From Candidatus Iainarchaeum sp. (GTDB taxonomy: Archaea; Iainarchaeota; Iainarchaeia; Iainarchaeales; 0-14-0-20-30-16), in assembly GCA_903916665.1 (NCBI GenBank), contig CAIWXP010000049.1, positions 1-7,406 of the forward strand: a stretch of DNA of 7,406 nt, written 5' to 3'. The notes beneath the pieces are model-generated. The model saw only the letters and a program-made list of their open reading frames with translations. It had not been told where the DNA came from and ran no database searches. Position numbers and translations under genes: made by a program. Positions 6,001 through 7,406 of the stretch are shown one piece after another (within the stretch, counting starts at the first letter, position 1; the number at the start of each line of letters is the position of its first letter).

Positions 6001-7406
6001 AATAAAGTTAATACGACAGAAATTATAAAAGAAACAAAAGACTTAACAAGACAAATTAGACCTACAACCATTGATATGAGTAAGTTACCAATACCTCCAA
6101 GACCGGTAGAAAATACAGGTTTAACTTCAGATACAATGATAGATTCTAGAACTAATGTTTCTTCAAATACTGTTACAAATTCAATAATTAATGCAAATTG
6201 GAATGTTAGAACAAATATGATTGCAAATACAAATGTTATTAAAATTAATACTAGTTTTGTTAATACTAATTATAAATCTAGTCCTATTCAAAATAATCAT
6301 TTAGATGCTCCTATTGAAAATAATTCTGCAATATACTTTGGTGCTGGCATTAGTGCAAGTACTGGTTATGAAGTAAGTGGTTCTATGTCAAACAGCAAAT
6401 TATCTGTTGCAATTAATCCAAATGCAGATAATATTTCTGCAGGCAATAAAAATACTATAACTGATGCTACTGCAGTGCCGGCAGTTTCACAATATGTTAA
6501 TATAACTGTGCCTGTAACTTTTATAATTCATGATAGTAGTAAACCAACTAAAGATTGTGTTATCATTAAATACAATAAAGAAACAAATGAATTGGGATTA
6601 AGCGTAGATACTGGAAAATGTGGTTTTGATACTAACTATTCGTATATATTGATGAATAACAATATTAAAACTACTGGAAAATTGTCTCACACCATAGACT
6701 TAAACTATGGAGATTATGATTTGAATATTTATTATTTGGTTAAAAACCAACCAAAGTTTTTAGAAAATAGTAAAAGTAGTGTAATGCCAGAAACAGCAGA
6801 CTCTTCTTTTTTATATTCTCCAAGAGTTAGAATTCCTATAAAATATGGTAAAACTATTGATTGTAGTAAGTTATATTGTAGTTATGAACAATTACAAAAC
6901 TATAATAAATTATCCATTAAATCAAATAATCCTCTTTTAATGGATGATAATTTTATTTCGGATTCTAGTGTAAGTAAAGAAAATAAAGAAACTGCATTAG
7001 TAGACAAAGATAATAGATCTTTAATTGCGGCAACAATAGATTTAACAAATAATTTGTTTTATCACATACCGTATAAGAGTGATTCTAGTTACTATGGTTT
7101 ACCTGTAGGATCCTGCGCAACAGAATCAACAATCAATTATATTGGTTCAGATGAAATGTTAAATTGTGGTACTGGTGTTACTGCATTTAAAAATATTATT
7201 ATTAATGATTTATCTTCAAAAAGATCATCAAATCTAAATACTGCTTTAATAGGAATAGTAAAAGATAATACTATAACTTTAGATTATTATTCTGCACCAG
7301 GATTAGCAGTTTATGATTGTAGTGTAAATATTGAAAGTTGTTTCAAAACTTTTGGCAAAGATAATGCCTATCTATATTATAGAAACAATATTTATTTTGC
7401 AAAAGA
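3013..7406 (+). CDS. Giant membrane-anchored surface protein, partial (1,464 codons, 3' end beyond the window); not present in the supplied ORF track
   Basis: I translated frame +1 codon by codon from 3013 to 7406 and found no TAA, TAG or TGA. An in-frame TAG at 3001-3003 fixes ATG 3013 as the first possible start. At ~25% GC a random frame should hit a stop roughly every 11 codons. The product begins MAIDQELQNSDIGELQSEIKATKGFPWKPIIIVASILIVLIAGLLTYLFVLP, followed by a long hydrophilic Asn-rich ectodomain. Confidence 0.85.
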   Translation, partial: MAIDQELQNSDIGELQSEIKATKGFPWKPIIIVASILIVLIAGLLTYLFVLPHNADVTFSFFLNDSPVAENLNVQLSYGSTVLDLNSDKNILLVSLPKNVDVKLNITTTGYQITKNYYTDSDLFKVNIIKPVNVEEVAKLQGPTQEIVNFKIYKYPTTTILYSSPILLNLSCSSSGKSDQITVNGSQSYTKPDNCGSLVVTGNPDGFKAVNQRCGDSCQIILYDDVQVTPQQVVDVSKNNLVIKTITKFDNTVIPDVNVVLSQNSSFLSEGITDENGYLEFIDLPLGDYAINASIKLKNKIYSLADDVNIYLDSNSITKVLLFNIGKGGSGNDWVSANDSQNSTLSLTIKTFDGNDCNVGIDIFDVNGKTITDPQGVLINANEKQEFDFGSENGNYFIDAIPIDNCQFKYLPIYNYPFDFAKTKDISLTLQDFNKLQYFILNVQPTIFGENKTGINVSISDVNYIKNIILSGLVTQDPSELYFVLKNDINYYVTANLVNALGTNDYNGSTYYEYIKNKTITAKKDDSNYYTDRINLPLQYVGANIDLNLNVLFENEQTHEFKVYAQYNNLTVEFDGNNSLAQLKVPKDTMINLIIDYNIVTSQYPLVFVAPGTDLKTITNNPIEVTNQFVYYFNPLSFSNSTTINANIDPSIKEPKAFKDEVYNDSALTNSVKDKNVLANKDYYLGFDVVLQNITNFNCLDRINKGAADPGKQDKSKCNEKLSAFYAKDVSPNVFDIKNISNETVQSTDDNYYYVLNSLDNTMGETDMTTRIMRYVVKITPNELSSGKTGIFNYGALFNENQSSKDVSIEPNLSKDKNIEFYVDGKKALTDFPPYVLNALDKGMDIYSMSSEMSALLKYTFTNFVDVNINGPEKQTGEIFVLAKGNCYTVKTANWTSKVSNLQNWANDLYVATFTKFFSLDKGIVDKNILSDGKLELSMDLNLNLLKTMNLPDSIDAKLDLNLQEIACSKINVGTTTVRPNTGFSNSDIINEVIKNNKVNTTEIIKETKDLTRQIRPTTIDMSKLPIPPRPVENTGLTSDTMIDSRTNVSSNTVTNSIINANWNVRTNMIANTNVIKINTSFVNTNYKSSPIQNNHLDAPIENNSAIYFGAGISASTGYEVSGSMSNSKLSVAINPNADNISAGNKNTITDATAVPAVSQYVNITVPVTFIIHDSSKPTKDCVIIKYNKETNELGLSVDTGKCGFDTNYSYILMNNNIKTTGKLSHTIDLNYGDYDLNIYYLVKNQPKFLENSKSSVMPETADSSFLYSPRVRIPIKYGKTIDCSKLYCSYEQLQNYNKLSIKSNNPLLMDDNFISDSSVSKENKETALVDKDNRSLIAATIDLTNNLFYHIPYKSDSSYYGLPVGSCATESTINYIGSDEMLNCGTGVTAFKNIIINDLSSKRSSNLNTALIGIVKDNTITLDYYSAPGLAVYDCSVNIESCFKTFGKDNAYLYYRNNIYFAK
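3094..3165 (+). other. Single N-terminal transmembrane anchor (aa ~28-51) of the giant protein
   Basis: The ~24-residue hydrophobic run KPIIIVASILIVLIAGLLTYLFVL follows a 27-aa charged segment. No A-x-A cleavage site follows it, so it looks like a signal anchor. It is the only long hydrophobic stretch in the 1,464 aa. Confidence 0.75.
3727..3987 (+). other. Carboxypeptidase-regulatory-like / Cna-B-like beta-sandwich domain in the giant protein
   Basis: NNLVIKTITKFDNTVIPDVNVVLSQNSSFLSEGITDENGYLEFIDLPLGDYAINA...VNIYLDSNSITKVLLFNI contains the hallmark V-x-V-x-L......T-D-x-N-G-x-(F/Y/L)-x-F..L-P-x-G-x-Y of the CarboxypepD_reg / Cna-B fold families. The assignment is from the motif only. Confidence 0.55.
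4039..4308 (+). other. Second, more divergent beta-sandwich-like module in the giant protein
   Basis: STLSLTIKTFDGNDCNVGIDIFDVNGKTITDPQG...FDFGSENGNYFIDAIPIDNC...ISLTLQD repeats the pattern of alternating strands plus ENGNY-F-x-x-x-x-P and is bracketed by a Cys pair. The match is weaker than for the preceding module. Confidence 0.35.

Noticed and set aside
5673-6071. A 132-aa minus-strand ORF from the supplied track
   Set aside because: It is fully antisense to the 1,464-codon frame +1 ORF. Antisense frames of strongly codon-biased AT-rich genes often stay open for ~100 codons. Its Phe/Ile/Leu/Val-rich product reflects the complement of the AAT/AAA/GAT-rich sense codons.
3013-7406. Possible alternative genetic code (TGA as Trp or Gly, or TAG/TAA reassignment) suggested by very low GC and the missing ORF call
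   Set aside because: The frame contains no in-frame TGA, TAG or TAA, and every Trp I saw is TGG. The standard code explains the ORF, and nothing here requires or supports recoding. The track omission is better explained by the ORF being open-ended.
3013-7406. High density of N-x-S/T sequons as evidence of N-glycosylation and an archaeal origin
   Set aside because: The protein is so rich in Asn, Ser and Thr that many sequons are expected by chance. I could not run a composition-corrected enrichment test, so it is not evidence.

Overview
The window joins two compositionally unrelated blocks at about 2569/2570. Block 1 (1-2569) has 38-52% GC in hand-counted 60-nt lines and looks like ordinary Bacteroidota chromosome, with every gene on the minus strand. 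It holds the 5' end of an unidentified gene (1-78) behind an unusual regulatory region: an 11-bp inverted repeat plus three TTCATT-N3-AATGAA palindromes spaced exactly 33 bp apart. It also holds a complete 647-aa T9SS-secreted multidomain surface protein (293-2236) with a hairpin terminator. The last ~50 codons and terminator of a paralogous T9SS cargo gene (2417-2569) follow, and that gene is cut off abruptly. Block 2 (2570-7406) has 23-27% GC in sampled lines. It carries a small orphan ORF ending at 2922 and a single uninterrupted frame +1 ORF from ATG 3013 to the window end, which the supplied ORF track does not list. That ORF spans 1,464 codons and is still open. It encodes an N-terminally membrane-anchored, Asn/Lys/Ile-rich, cysteine-paired giant surface protein built from several beta-sandwich domains, and I cannot assign it to a named family. 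The giant gene and the junction are the main items to follow up. The sequence alone cannot show whether the junction is biological (foreign DNA insertion) or an assembly or construct chimera.
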